Positions 51,072 to 63,707 are shown, numbered from the whole stretch's first letter. The stretch is 63,707 bases of DNA, filler included, from Octopus bimaculoides (GCF_001194135.2; 6 parts of 6 records of this genome joined end to end with filler, not necessarily neighbours in it); one strand, 5' to 3'. The notes: a model not told the origin generated them from the sequence alone. Numbers and translations: made by a program.

Positions 51072-52674
51072 AGGAGAATTTACGAAAAAAAAAACAACAG
51101 ACGAAGACAGGTGGTGTAAACAACAAATGGATGTATTAGTATAACGCTCGGGAATAGAGAAAGTCTTTGACGTTTCGAGCCTACGCTCTTCAACTAATAG
51201 GAACACAGAAAGAAACAAGGAAAAAAAATATATATATATGCACACACACACACACACTCATATATATATATATATATATAATCAAACCGAAAATGATATT
51301 TCAAAGCATTTGACATGCATGTTTCAGATCATTGTGCAATAAATGTAAATCCCTTGTGTAAGGCCTTCCTCAGTTAATACATTACAAAATATGTTGAAAT
51401 GTATTAATTGAGGAAGGCATTGCATATTAAGACAATTAGACGTGTCTACTTTTATAAAGTTTGTATTATACATAAATACGTATCTATCTATCTATCTATC
51501 TAAATGTATTGGTGTGTGCGTGTGTATGTGTGTGTGTACATATACAAACCTGTGTATGCCTTTGTATGTAAAGCTTACATTGAAAATGCCTTTCATGGTC
51601 TGTATATGGTCTTTCTATCCAAATAAATATAATTATCCTAATGTGTATATACATATTCACGCACATACACACAAATCTATGAACGCACGCCCAAGTACAC
51701 TGAGCACATTTGCACATATACACACATATATATATACAATTATACATATATACAAACATACGCATGAACGCATACACAAATACACACATAGACGTACACA
51801 CACGCTCAAAAATGCACATTGATACGCTACGAGTGTATATAAAAAGCATAGAGGAGGTGGGTATATCAACGCAAGCACCTCACACACATTTCCCAAAACT
51901 GCAATACCCGGCACCCAGTGATGTCATTCTCTCCCCCAACTCCTCCACCCTTACGATTGCTGTACCCCACTCCATTCCCTACTCCCCACCCACCAATACC
52001 ACCATCACCACCGCCGCCATCTTTCCTCACGTGTCAGTCGCTATTATCAAGTTTCTTAGTGCTTGCTCTGTCATTTCTTTGTATTGAAATGTTTCAGCTT
52101 CTCAACTCTCCCTATTTCTCTCTCTCCCTTCCTCCTTCTCTTTCACTCTCTCTCTCTGTATTTCTTTCTTTCTTTCTTTCTCTGATTTTTATGTGGTTCC
52201 TCGTATTTGTACATTGGATTGTGTGTGTGTGTGTGTGTGTGTGTGCGAATGTGCGAGCGTGTGTGTGTGTGTGCGTGCGTGTGTATGTGTAAGTAGTCTG
52301 GCGTTGCAGGGGAGGGACAGGGAAGAGATACTTACTGTCACTCTGGATTCTAGTCTCATGTCAGATGTATATACATATATGTATATATAACATGTATGCA
52401 TGCATATATACAAACATATACGTAAATTCTTATATANNNNNNNNNNNNNNNNNNNNNNNNNNNNNNNNNNNNNNNNNNNNNNNNNNNNNNNNNNNNNNNN
52501 NNNNNNNNNNNNNNNNNNNNNNNNNNNNNNNNNNNNNNNNNNNNNNNNNNNNNNNNNNNNNNNNNNNNNNNNNNNNNNNNNNNNNNNNNNNNNNNNNNNN
52601 NNNNNNNNNNNNNNNNNNNNNNNNNNNNNNNNNNNNNNNNNNNNNNNNNNNNNNNNNNNNNNNNNNNNNNNNNN

Positions 52675-52741
<67 letters not shown>

Positions 52742-53364
52742 TAAATGTATATGATTTTGCGTTAATAGATGCGCGTATGTATTATGAAATATAAATTATA
52801 TTTTTGAGTGTTTTGTTCCAATATCTATCTATCTATCTATCTATCTACCTGTCTGTCTGTCTCTTTATGTATGTATCTATCATGTGTCTATCTATGTTGT
52901 ACCCAGGGAACCCAGCATACTTATGGACTAGTCGAACTATCTGAAGTAAACCGTTGTGGTCCTGATAACTTCTTAACGTTTTCATCTTACTTATCTATCT
53001 ACAGTTGTTTGTAAGGTCAAAGATTGTAAGTCTGTGGTCTCTGTTCAGTCTTTTATGTCAACCAGTTTTAACATTGGAGATCTTATTTAAAGTCGTAGAG
53101 AAATAAGACTATACCGTAAACCTGATTTTAAATCCCACCTTATGTAAGACCAAATAAAATTTCTGTCACTAATACTTACCAAACTAGACTCCAAATAAAA
53201 TTTCTGTTGCTGAAACTTGTTCTTTAAAACGATTTTCAGAAAACGATCCCAGTTTTCAATGAAACACGGAACTTTAACTCATAACAGTAGCACCGAATTG
53301 TTATAAAAAGGAACTGGAGGATTGTAAGGTGGAGGAAAAAGTTAACGTGTTATTCTTTTAAATA

Positions 53365-54607
53365 TCGGGTCATCCCGTAAGTAATGTCCGGATTTTAAAC
53401 AAGGAAGACAAGTGATCAAATCTTAGATCTTAATGAAACTTAATCGTCCATAGAGGTTCCATGATTATCTATAACATCTTTTCATCTACTCCAAAGAGTT
53501 TTTCACGAATGGGATTAAAAATTTCATTTGTGAAAAAATCTTTGAAATGTCAGTTTCGGCTTCCTCAGTTCTTTCATGGATTAATCCGTCCAAATGATTC
53601 TGTAAACCATGGAAGAAATGGTAATCTGAAGGAATAAGGACTGAGGAATAAGGCGGATGAGCAATTTTCTGCCAGCTGAGTTTTTAGATCTTTGCAGTGT
53701 GGGGTCTTGCATTGTCCCGATGAAACAGCATTCCCTTTCGAATAATCAAAGCAGGGATTTATTTCTTCAAAGCGGAGTTCAAACACTCTAATTGTTGACA
53801 GTAGATTTGTGCATGATTGCTGCATTAGTTGGAAGCAACTCAAAGTGGATGACTCCTTTGCGATCTCACCAGAGAGGAGAACCTTCTTAGCATGGAGTTC
53901 CATTTTCGGTTGTGGTTGGGCCTTTTCCCCTTCACCAAGCCAATATCTACAACGCTTAACATATTGATAACAGACCCATTTTTCCTACCGGTCACCGGTC
54001 TGCCCAAAAAGGAGTTCACGAGAACGAAGAAAACAGCAGATGTCCACTCAGGATTTGCGGTTGCTTTCAAAGAAATCGTGAGGCACATATTTTCCGAGTT
54101 TTGAGACCTTTCGAAGTTGCTGAAGATGGCGGTGAACAGTTGTATGACTTGAACGAAGATTGCTTGCTAATTCTTCAACTGAAACTGCATGATCTTTTTC
54201 AAGTTCTGCCAAAAGGAGCTTGTCATCACACTCAATTGGACATCCTGTTCGGACCTCATCTTCAAGGCTGAAATCTCCACTTCTGAATTTTACAAATCAT
54301 CTTCTGCAAATTCTTTCATTCAGGCACTTTTCTCCATAAGCTGAGTGAATATTTCGAGTCGCTTCAACAGCAGAATTCCATATTTTAAATTCATAAAGCG
54401 TTTTGCGCCTCTAAGCTCATTAGACACTTCCATGTTTGAAGAGCAATAACTAATGAAATTAAATTATCATGCAAAATAAAATTTAGTTTAAATATGTCCA
54501 AGTACATATAAATATTACTTAATGCCATTGGACCATTTTGAAATGCTGTTAAAGCGTTTGCAAATTGAAAATATAGAAGTCCGGATATTACTTATGAGAT
54601 GATTTGA
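53365..54607 (-). mobile_element. Full-length (1243 bp) degenerate mariner with TIRs and TA target duplication
   Basis: TA|tcgggtcatcccgtaagtaatgtccgga ... tccggatattacttatgagatgatttga|TA. Minus-strand transposase remnants include HLQQLRKVSKLGKYVPH, HAKKVLL, QDNARPH and PPYSS...SDYHFF. Confidence 0.9.
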
Positions 54608-54699
54608 TAAATAAAATGTACATGACTCAACAGTCCGATATTTCTGTTTTTATTGTTTAATATTAAAAGCTGCATAGATTAAGTAACAACTCGTATCTT

Positions 54700-54875
54700 T
54701 TATCTTTATTTTTTTCTTATTTCAGTCATTTAACTGCGTCCATGCTGGAGCATTGTCTTGAATTTTTAGTCGAATGAATCGATCTCGGTACTTATATTTT
54801 TTAAAGCCTCGTACTCATTCTATCGGTTTCTTCAACCGAACAGCAAAGTTACATAAACGTAAACACACACGCACA
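54700..54875 (-). mobile_element. SINE family B, 3' half
   Basis: ttatttcagtcatttaactgcgtccatgctggagca...tattctatcggtttc. Confidence 0.75.
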
Positions 54876-54887
54876 CACACACATGCG

Positions 54888-54925
<38 letters not shown>

Positions 54926-55049
54926 AATAATTTTCCAGAGGATGTAGCAACCGTTACCAATATAGCATAAGAACTTACCTTAGGGGATCATTAACTAGAT
55001 TCCTTAAGGGTCGTTCTCACAGTTTATATTTATATTATAAGGTTTTTAA

Positions 55050-55753
55050 CTTTTAAATGTTCATATTCAAAAGAGATAGAGACTTCAAACTCGATATATC
55101 GATTTATTCACCACTCTATGTTAACATTTCTGTGCAAAACTTATCCAGTGACTGGTCCATTGGATTTAGACATTTGGCACTTCTTCAGGAGTGGTTACCA
55201 TTCGAACAAAACACGAAAAAACACATACATAACTATCATTAAATCCTTAGAATCTCGTTAGATTTCATCTTTGTTATTATAGGGGAGATAGCTCTTTGAT
55301 TTTGTATGTATATATGGATAAGTATACGGGTAAAGTGTATGTATGCATATGTATACGGGTAAAGGAACGGGTAATATAGTATAGTAAAGAGAAATAAACA
55401 AAATAANNNNNNNNNNGAACGGGTAATATAGTATAGTAAAGAGAAATAAACAAAATAATTAATTAATCTAGTGGAAATCCACAGGAGAGCAATAAAAATA
55501 GAAAATTAAAGAGTTATCTCCCTTATAATAACAAAGATAAAATCTAACGAGATTCTAAGGATTTAATGATAGTTATGTATGTGTTTTTTCGTGTTTTGTT
55601 CGAATGGTAACCACTCCTGAAGAAGTGCCAAATGTCTAAATCCAATGGACCAGTCACTGGATAAGTTTGGCACAGAAATGTTAACAGAGTGGTGAATAAA
55701 TCGATATATCGAGTTTGAAGTCTCTGTCTCTTTTGAATATGAACATTTAAAAG
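55050..55753. repeat. Long inverted repeat (arms about 250 bp or more; foldback/MITE-like)
   Basis: 55050-55303 is the reverse complement of 55502-55753 with few mismatches. The right arm is cut by the spacer. Confidence 0.9.
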
Positions 55754-55853
55754 NNNNNNNNNNNNNNNNNNNNNNNNNNNNNNNNNNNNNNNNNNNNTTA
55801 ATTAATTAANNNNNNNNNNNNNNNNNNNNNNNNNNNNNNNNNNNNNNNNNNNN
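55754..55853. other. Artificial 100-bp scaffold spacer
   Basis: N44-TTAATTAATTAA (55798-55809)-N44. Confidence 0.92.
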
Positions 55854-55895
55854 TATATATATACATACATACATATCTATCTATCTATCTATCTA

Positions 55896-55929
<34 letters not shown>

Positions 55930-55935
<6 letters not shown>

Positions 55936-56150
55936 GTTGTCCATGTGAGCATAGTGTGTGCTTCTCTTTGCAACTCCACACCACTTAACAACCGGTGTTT
56001 GCTCGCTTATGTCCCTGCGATAGAGCTGTTCAGCAAAAAGGCCGATAGAATAAGTATAAGACTTTAAGAAACGTAAGTATTGGGAACAATATTTTCGATT
56101 GACGTCCTTTAAAGCGGTGCCCTCAGCATTGGGCTGAAACAAGTAAAAAA
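55930..56150 (+). mobile_element. SINE family B, 3' half after (TA)n
   Basis: gccgatagaataagta...gcggtgccctcagcattgggctgaaacaagtaaaa. Confidence 0.65.
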
Positions 56151-56451
56151 AAAAAGCTTGTATATTTTGTAAACTGAATCAAATAAACAATATGTTCTCT
56201 CCAATACAAAACTGGGGTCTTGTGAGAGATCTTTAAAACCATTACATATAAATTTCATTTTTTTATGGTACGCTCAGTTCTTAAATCGAACGATACTGGA
56301 ACACATCATATTTGTTTCATATAGTTTCTTTTTCTTTCTTTTTTTTTTTAAATTTGAATACAATATTTGTCAGTTTGTAATCAGTAATTACCGGAGATTT
56401 GTTTTAACTTTTTCCTTGCAAAATTAAAGTTCATGTTTATTCCAGTAATTA

Positions 56452-56839
56452 TGTTGTTCTTGGCACTCCGTCGCTTACGACGACGAGGGTTCCAGTTGAT
56501 CCAATCAACGGAACAGCCTGCTCGTGAAATTAACGTGCAAGTGGCTGAGCACTCCACAGACACGTGTATTCTTAACGTAGTTCTCGGAGATATTCAGCGT
56601 GACACAGTGTGACAAGGCTGACCCTTTGAATTACAGGCACAACAGAAACAGGAAGTAAGAGTGAGAGAAAGTTGTAGTGAAAGAGTACAGCAGGGTTCGC
56701 CACCATCCCCTGCCGGAGCCTCGTGGAGCTTTAGGTGTTTTCGCTCAATAAACACTCACAACGCCCGGTCTGGGAATCGAAACTGCGATCTTACGACCGC
56801 GAGTCCTCTACCCTAACCATTGGGCCATTGCGCCTCCAC
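56452..56839 (-). mobile_element. SINE family C, full copy
   Basis: Highly similar to 35541-35928; tRNA-like head at the right end. Confidence 0.88.
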
Positions 56840-57169
56840 AGTAATTATATTAAATATCTACAAAAAAAAAATAATAATAAAAAAAACAGGATTGGATAAC
56901 TTCTGTAAGTCATGTAAACTCAGTAAACTTGACATATCTCAAAAGAAAATTATTTCAGACATGATATTCCTCAACAAAAGATAAGTTGTTATATTAAAAT
57001 TCACTTCCCATAGTAAAAGGGTTAAACTGATTATAATCTACCGAAGATGATGTACAACAACGTGCAGAAAGAAATACGAAGGAATTTCCTTTCGAAGATG
57101 TATAGTTTTAAGTTCAGTCTCAACGTACAGCACCTTAGACAACGACAAAAGTAAAGTTACTTCCTCGTG

Positions 57170-57388
57170 TCATGCCGACTCATAAGGGCCGGTTTCATGA
57201 CGTTTAATTTCCCCAGCTGGACAATATGCTGATCACAAGATTACTCATTTTTACCGGCTGAGTGGACTGGAGTAACGTGAAATGAAGTGCTTTACTCAAG
57301 AACACAATGCGTGGCTCGGTCCAGGAACTGAAACCATAATCTTACAATCATGAGTCCAACATTCTAACTACTAAGCCACGCGCCTCCA
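57170..57388 (-). mobile_element. SINE family D copy
   Basis: Minus strand GTGGAGGCGCGTGGCTTAGTAGTTAG...TTCTTGAGTAAAGCACTTCATTTCACGTTACTCCAGTCCACTCAGC. Confidence 0.7.
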
Positions 57389-59507
57389 CTACCTCAGGCA
57401 AGTGCCTTCTACTGAAGCCTAGGCTGACCCAAGGCCTCATGAATAGCATTGGGTACAAGTAAACTGTCGAAAACTGGTTCTTAAGTGATAAACTCAAACC
57501 GTTATTTGATTTAACACCACCACCTGGCCTTTGATTACCTTTAGCGAAATCCACTCCGTTGCATACATTCAGGTTAGGTGATTGGTTTATGGATAATTTC
57601 TTCTGATCCGCAATCAGTCATGGAAACTATGAGAATAGTCATGGAAACTACTCTCCCGCCTCTTATTAACCCATTGAAAAAATGGTAATCGCATTCTCTA
57701 ACCACTATAGTAGAAAACGATGTTACTACTCTACTCAGCAGGATCGATGTTTTATCAGGGTTGTTATTTTACATATCCTCAGACCCAGGTCAGCTCTAAC
57801 CGAGTAGATCCATGATCAAGGGTATTCAGCTTTTACCATCGCATATACATAGCTGTGTGGTTCTTACCTCTCTTTTCTTTACATCCACATGGTTTCGGGT
57901 TCGATTTCATTGCGCAGGTCGAATACTAACTGAGTATTCACTCTGATTATACTAGATAATGTAAGCATTGATACATTTAAAATAAGAATGTCATGGCTGG
58001 AACGCAATTGATCAAAGATCTACTTGGCCAGAGGCTAAACTACAACAGTTCTCCAAATTTGGGAACTTCTTACATGATCGACCTACAAGAAATGGAGGCT
58101 CAATGTTTCTTAAATCACACCCTATCATATTATAGAACGATGGTATGGTCACGACTGGAATTGTCATCAGTTATGTCTATTCAATCATAACTGACCTGGT
58201 ACTACACACAGTTCAATTTCTGCTTCATGATGCGCTTATGGAATACTGGATATTAGCTGAGATTACAAAACAAGTTAGATGATATGTGAAATTAATCTGA
58301 AAGCGCTTTCATCGTCGATTCCTTCTATCTGGCTGTACAGGCTCCCAATCCACTCTAACAGTGTTTAGGGACGCATTGGATATGGCGTGGGATTCTGATT
58401 TCTTTTGAAGACAGGGTCACGTTTCTTGACTTTCGCCTTTCTGACAGAGCAGAAGACATATACATTTGTGACACGTGGGAGTTTACAACGTCTGTACTAA
58501 TGTGTTTGAATGTTATAAATACGTCTGCGTATATATGTGTGTCTATGTATATACGCACGAATGTGTATATATTACCATATACATGTGTGTGTACATATAT
58601 GTATATGAATATATGTCTGTGTGGCAATACTGACACAGTCACTTTCTTTTTTGCTTTCTTTCTTTCATTCTTATTCTCTGTTAATTTGTGTATATTTACC
58701 TATCTATGGATGACGATGTGTGTGTGAGTGTGAATATAGAAAAAAGATACATACGTACACATATACTGTAATGCATTAAGAATACAATAAAGTGAAGATA
58801 AACTCGTACACATTCAGTTACAAACTAACTACTGCAAATAAGAATTAAAACCTATTTTAGAAATATTAACTTCAAACTCGATAAAAATTTATATACTAGG
58901 GCCAATAGAATTATTATACTTGATGAATTTATTCGGGAGAAGTGAGAAAATTTACAACTAAATTTAAATTTCAAGGTGAATACAATGGTTATACAAAATG
59001 AAAATGTATGGGGAAAATGAGAATATTTACAACCACACTTCATTTTGCTCTTTACTTTCGTAAAGTTTGCTTGAAAATCAAAATCTTATGGTGTTTTCTC
59101 ACACTTTGGTGTTCATTTTTTATATTTACATACATTATACCCTTATTACTATCTGTTATACTCATTGTTGAGTTGGTTTGTAATCAAAGCTGCCATTGCA
59201 TCGCATCCATGAAAGTATTTACCCTATTATGGACATGAAAGTATTGTACCAAACTAATGCTGTGTGTCTATTTTCCATGACTTAATATTTATGTGGGAGT
59301 AGAAAACAGGAAAAGAAATTGGAAGATTTTATAGCTTCCAAGGGAATACTAGCAACGCACTTGAAGTGAAATCTCCACTGGATATTGAAAGCTGGTTGCT
59401 AACTCAGATTTGCCCAGATATTACCACTAGCTTAGAATAGTTTCTACTCTTAAAGAATGCTGGTGTATCGCTTAAGAACTGTGCTAACAACACTATGAGT
59501 AATACTG

Positions 59508-59715
59508 GTTTCAAATTTTAGCACAAGGCCAGCAATTTGGGGGGATGGCATAAGTCGATTATCTCGACTTGTCTTCAGTTGGTACTTATTTTATGGACGC
59601 CAAAAGGAAGAAAGGTAAAATCGACCTCGGCGGAATTTGATTTCGAAAGTAAATGCGGACGAAATACCGCTAAGCATTTTGCCTGACGAGGTAACCTTTC
59701 TGCCAGCTTGCCGCT
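59508..59715 (-). mobile_element. SINE family A, full copy
   Basis: Family motifs present. Confidence 0.82.
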
Positions 59716-60455
59716 TTAAATACTATTAATAATATTGGATAATTTATGTTGTGTGTAATGTTACTTGTCATTAAATGCGTTAAATAGGGTCATGGAAGTT
59801 TGAAGATACCAGTACCTACATTAATTAAGTAGAAATGTAGCGATATAACTGGAAAACTAAAAAGAAGAATAAACTCAAGTCGGGAGTCATAATTAAGTAG
59901 CCAGACACAACTAGTTATATTGAACGATATCCGACATCTTTAATAGGAAATATTAACCAACTTCCAGTCACAAACAAGATGTTATCAATAAACATATCAC
60001 TTTACTTATCATGTTGGGTAGAGTTTTTCTTTAAAATGTTATAGTTTGTTGTAGTTTAAGATAAATTTATCGCAGATTGCTTCTCCCAAGTAAACAACGA
60101 TAGCGGATTTAAAACAAAAGCCAAAACTTAAACAAAAGTCAACATTTACTTTAACATTGATAAAAAAAAAAATTCCTTGGTAAATAAAAGTTCATTTCCT
60201 ATGTATCAGGTAACTCTACGATAGCACGGAAGTCAAAACCTAGCCTATGCATTCTGGTAGTGGTTGTTGTTGGTGAATAAGAAACATGAAAGGTAAAGAG
60301 ATCACAACATATCCTGTTTTAAAGAAATGATTTGCTTTTTTATTAAGTGAATCCGAAACCAACGTGGCAGTGGTCTTGCGAGCTCTGCAAAACGAATGCA
60401 ACTGTGGCAGAATATTCAGCAATCAGCCGGTGTCGCGATTCGCTGGAATGTTACC

Positions 60456-60590
60456 CACGTGATCAGCAAGATCTGACCTATCACGACTTCACGTGAAATT
60501 GGCTCCAGTGATAATTTCAACTTTTGGTGGGCTACTTTCTGAGTCCTTCAATCAGTATAAAAATTGACACATCGCGACCGCCAGAGAGAG
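60456..60590 (+). promoter_or_regulatory. Putative Pol II promoter: two CACGTG E-boxes, TATAAAAA, then (GA)n
   Basis: CACGTG at 60456 and 60490 (TCACGTGA), TATAAAAA at 60556, a CA dinucleotide about 27 nt downstream, and local CpG enrichment. No transcript evidence. Confidence 0.3.
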
Positions 60591-61569
60591 AGAGAGACCT
60601 CAAGATGTAGTAGAGAGACCATGCAGACGGACGACGAACAAATGCGAGCAGTGGCTGAACCGTGCTGATCAACTTAATGAACTATCAGACACTAACACAA
60701 CAACTATCAGTTAACTTTATGAATACAATCACTCAGTTGCAGAAACCCAACACCACTTGTAATAATTATAACGATTCTTAGTCAATTGCAATAACAACAG
60801 CTGTGCTACTACACCAGCCAGTTTCGTAGTAATAACAATATTTGTCTCTTGCTTGTATACGAAATGAATAAATGTTTGTTGCAAAAAATCTCAACAGAAT
60901 TCGTCGACCCTTTCTATCCCCCGACGCAAGAAATAACAGTTCAAATCTCAAGCGGCCAGCGTTTCAGCAACCAGCCCCAGCCAAACAACATTGACATTGC
61001 AATTTCACAAAAACTGGTGATACAGGATGTTAGACTGAATGTCTGTAATTCGACGTTTGAGGTAAAACCCCTCGCCAGAGAAAATATTTAAGGGGATAAC
61101 TTTTTTGATGGCGTGTTTGTATGGGGTCAGTGAAAGAATTGAATTCAGTGCATTTTATGACAGGTGGAACAGAGTAGGGGCAGAAGGTGTGTCAGGTGAT
61201 CTCGGGTAGGCTTGGTTTGAGCTAGATTGCAGATCTCTCTCGCTCTATCCCTCTCTATTTTTTTTTATCTATCTATGAGACTGCTTGTCTCTATATAAAT
61301 CTGTTCCTCCCGGTGTAACATGTGCACACATGCGCACGAACTTTCTATACAACTAATAAGCTATGAACTGTGAACTAAAAAGCCCATTGGGAGGTCACTC
61401 ATTTACATTAATTATTTTCTGCGGACATTATTCAACTTCTTTCTTTTAAAAAAGTTTCCAGTTAATGAAATAAATAATGAGATTGATAGATCTTCAGACA
61501 CCTCTTACTTAGAAGCTTCAAGAAAACAGCAAAATAGCTGCTTCTATTAAGGATTATTAAGTATTTTAA

Positions 61570-61786
61570 AGGTGGTGAGCTGGTAGAGCCGTTTACATGT
61601 CATGTGAAATGCTTACCGGTATTTCGTCCGTCTTGACGTTCTAAGTTCAAATTCTGCCGAAGTCGACTGTACCTTTCATCGTTTTAAGGTCGATAAAATA
61701 AGTACCAGTTGAATACGGTGGTCGATGTAGTCGATTTACCCACTGCCCCGAAATTGTTGGCCTTGTGCCAAAATTTGTAATCAATA
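61570..61786 (+). mobile_element. SINE family A, full copy
   Basis: Family motifs present. Confidence 0.82.
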
Positions 61787-62497
61787 TTAAGTATTTTACG
61801 GTTGAAGAAGGGAAAATAATTAAATATATAAAATATACATGATTAGAGTTGTTGTAAATCGGTCTTTTGCCACCGTTGTACCTGTCCTTTGACGACGGTT
61901 CTCGCCCAGGCAGATATTCTTATATTCCGAAGTCGTCGATAGAATATACTATCTAGCACTGCACGATCCCCAGTCGTACAGTCAAAGAGTTGGAGCGTCA
62001 TTACGACTAGTCAGTATCACAGTCTGATTACTATATCAGCATAGACACGACTATCAACACAGTCTACATGTACTTCTGACCTTTTCCTGTCGACCAGCTA
62101 CTGGACTATTTATAATAGTCGGCTACTACCACTTTTTACCGGGAGGGGTGTACAGTTTCACTATACAACAATAATTAATTTATTTAATGAGCTAGATAAA
62201 GAAAATGAATTGATTCTACCAAAATTATTTATCTCCCTTGCAAATATGTGATAGATTGTTTGAGAAAAAAATTAAGTATAATTCAGGTATTGTTGGAATT
62301 CCTGGAATCTCGCAGGAGTAGCTGCCAGTATCCTACGGTTCCATGCTTTTATTCTCTTCAGCTATCTAGTTACTTTCTGATAATTCAGGCCGTGTCAAGG
62401 AAGCAAACTGCTCGTAACAACTCTACTATATTCTTTGTTCTTCATTTTCTTTACGTCACTCGTAATATCTTCTGACTGTCTTCAAGACCTCAATAAT

Positions 62498-62596
62498 AAT
62501 AAGTACCAGTTGAATACTGGGGTCGATGTAATCGATTATCCCAGCTCCACCGAATTCCAGGTCTTCTGCCTATAGTAGAAAGGATAAATAATGATG

Positions 62597-62657
<61 letters not shown>

Positions 62658-62661
62658 TAAA

Positions 62662-62715
<54 letters not shown>

Positions 62716-62940
62716 TATTATTATTATTATAATTGCCACAACTATTGCTGCTACTGTTGTTGTTGCTGCTGTTAAAACAGCGATCTGGCGGTTTGCGCGT
62801 CGAACAAAATGCTTAACGTCCTTAACTCAAGTTCCTTCGAGATTGGATATGTTACTGGGATATTTGAAATCGACGAAATCGACTAATCCCTTCTCCTAAA
62901 GTTTCAGGCCTTGTGCTTCTAGTACAAAAGGTTGTTGTTG

Positions 62941-63023
<83 letters not shown>

Positions 63024-63240
63024 TAAAGCTGCGAGCTGGCAGAATCGTTAGCACGCTGGACAAAATGCTTAGCCTTATTCCTCTCGTCTCTACATTCTAA
63101 GTTCAAATTCCGCTGAGGTCGACTTCATCATTTCGGGGTCGATAAATTAAGTCCCAGTGACCCAGTGAAACACTGGGGTCAATGAAATCGATTTGTCCCC
63201 TTCTGCTAAATTTCAGGCGTTGTGCCTTTAGTAGAAATGA
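62498..63240 (+). mobile_element. Cluster of three same-strand SINE family A copies (62498-62585, 62778-62933, 63027-63240) separated by (AAT)n/(ATT)n tracts
   Basis: Repeated 3' motif ggccttgtgcct..agtagaaa; an intact head at 63027. Confidence 0.8.
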
Positions 63241-63707
63241 CTACTATTACTACTACTACTGTTGTTATCATCTCATTTTTTTTTTGTCAGATTTCATCTG
63301 ATATTCCTTAAAGAGATCAACGGTGACCACTCTGAGACCAAGAACTACGCTTCTAAATCCGAAACAAATCAATGATGTTTCTACATGGCTGCATATCTCG
63401 TGGCAAAACCCCCGAAACACCTCATTCCCTCTTGTGCTTTTTTTTTCCCTTCCTTCTTACCCGCTCTTTATTTCTCTTCCCTCCTCATTTACTTTTTATT
63501 CTTTGAAGATCGTTTTTCTGACCTTATTTTTTGACCCGTTTAAATAGATGTAAACTAGAGAAAACGAAATAAGAAAATTAACAAGTCAGAGAATAATAAA
63601 AAAAAAAAAGACAAGAAGACACATGCTAAAATCAAAATAAAAACAAAACAAAAGGTCAGCTATCCAAAGACAAAAAAAAAAGCATAGAAAAACATGCCAA
63701 TTACCCA

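Noticed and set aside
53005-53025. 21-nt AG/GT-bounded possible micro-exon (LFVRSKI)
   Set aside because: It does not match the expected SERT TM10 exon, and such signals are common by chance.
55367-55458. 42-bp direct repeat around a 10-N gap
   Set aside because: Typical unresolved contig overlap, not a biological repeat.
58355-58500. Minus-strand frame ...SSALSERRKSRNVTLSSKEIRIPRHIQCVPKHC* as a possible terminal exon
   Set aside because: Weak acceptor, no partner exons and no recognisable domain.
63323-63547. 74-aa ORF, and the frame FHLIFLKEINGDHSETKNYASKSETNQ* after the 63290 acceptor, as a possible SERT last exon
   Set aside because: No similarity to SLC6 C-termini, and the intervening TM10-12 exons are absent.

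Overview
This is eukaryotic, AT-rich DNA saturated with microsatellites and containing many assembly gaps. It is almost certainly a coleoid cephalopod, probably Octopus (inferred from the repeat landscape and the mollusc-like transporter sequence). The only host gene I can support is a partial serotonin-transporter-like SLC6 gene (SLC6A4/SERT-like) on the + strand. It has six GT-AG exons (13841-13979, 19338-19472, 20147-20250, 28775-28899, 30939-31051, 32420-32548) that splice in frame from the end of EL2 through TM9; its flanking exons are not visible. The rest is transposon-derived: R4/Dong-like, RTE, CR1 and Penelope-like retroelement fragments, at least four tRNA-derived SINE families, four Tc1/mariner-superfamily copies, and several inverted-repeat (MITE/foldback) elements. 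Five 100-bp N44-TTAATTAATTAA-N44 spacers are artificial joins. The most notable observations are: (1) the transporter carries Thr at the human SERT Ser438 position and Asp-Val in place of the EL4 Gly-Pro; (2) an ORF-less ~545-bp element is flanked by (AAT)n at both ends at two loci, one of them next to a Dong-like element also embedded in (AAT)n; (3) several intronic inverted repeats could form dsRNA in the transporter pre-mRNA. No CRISPR or prokaryotic system is present. All alignments were made by eye.
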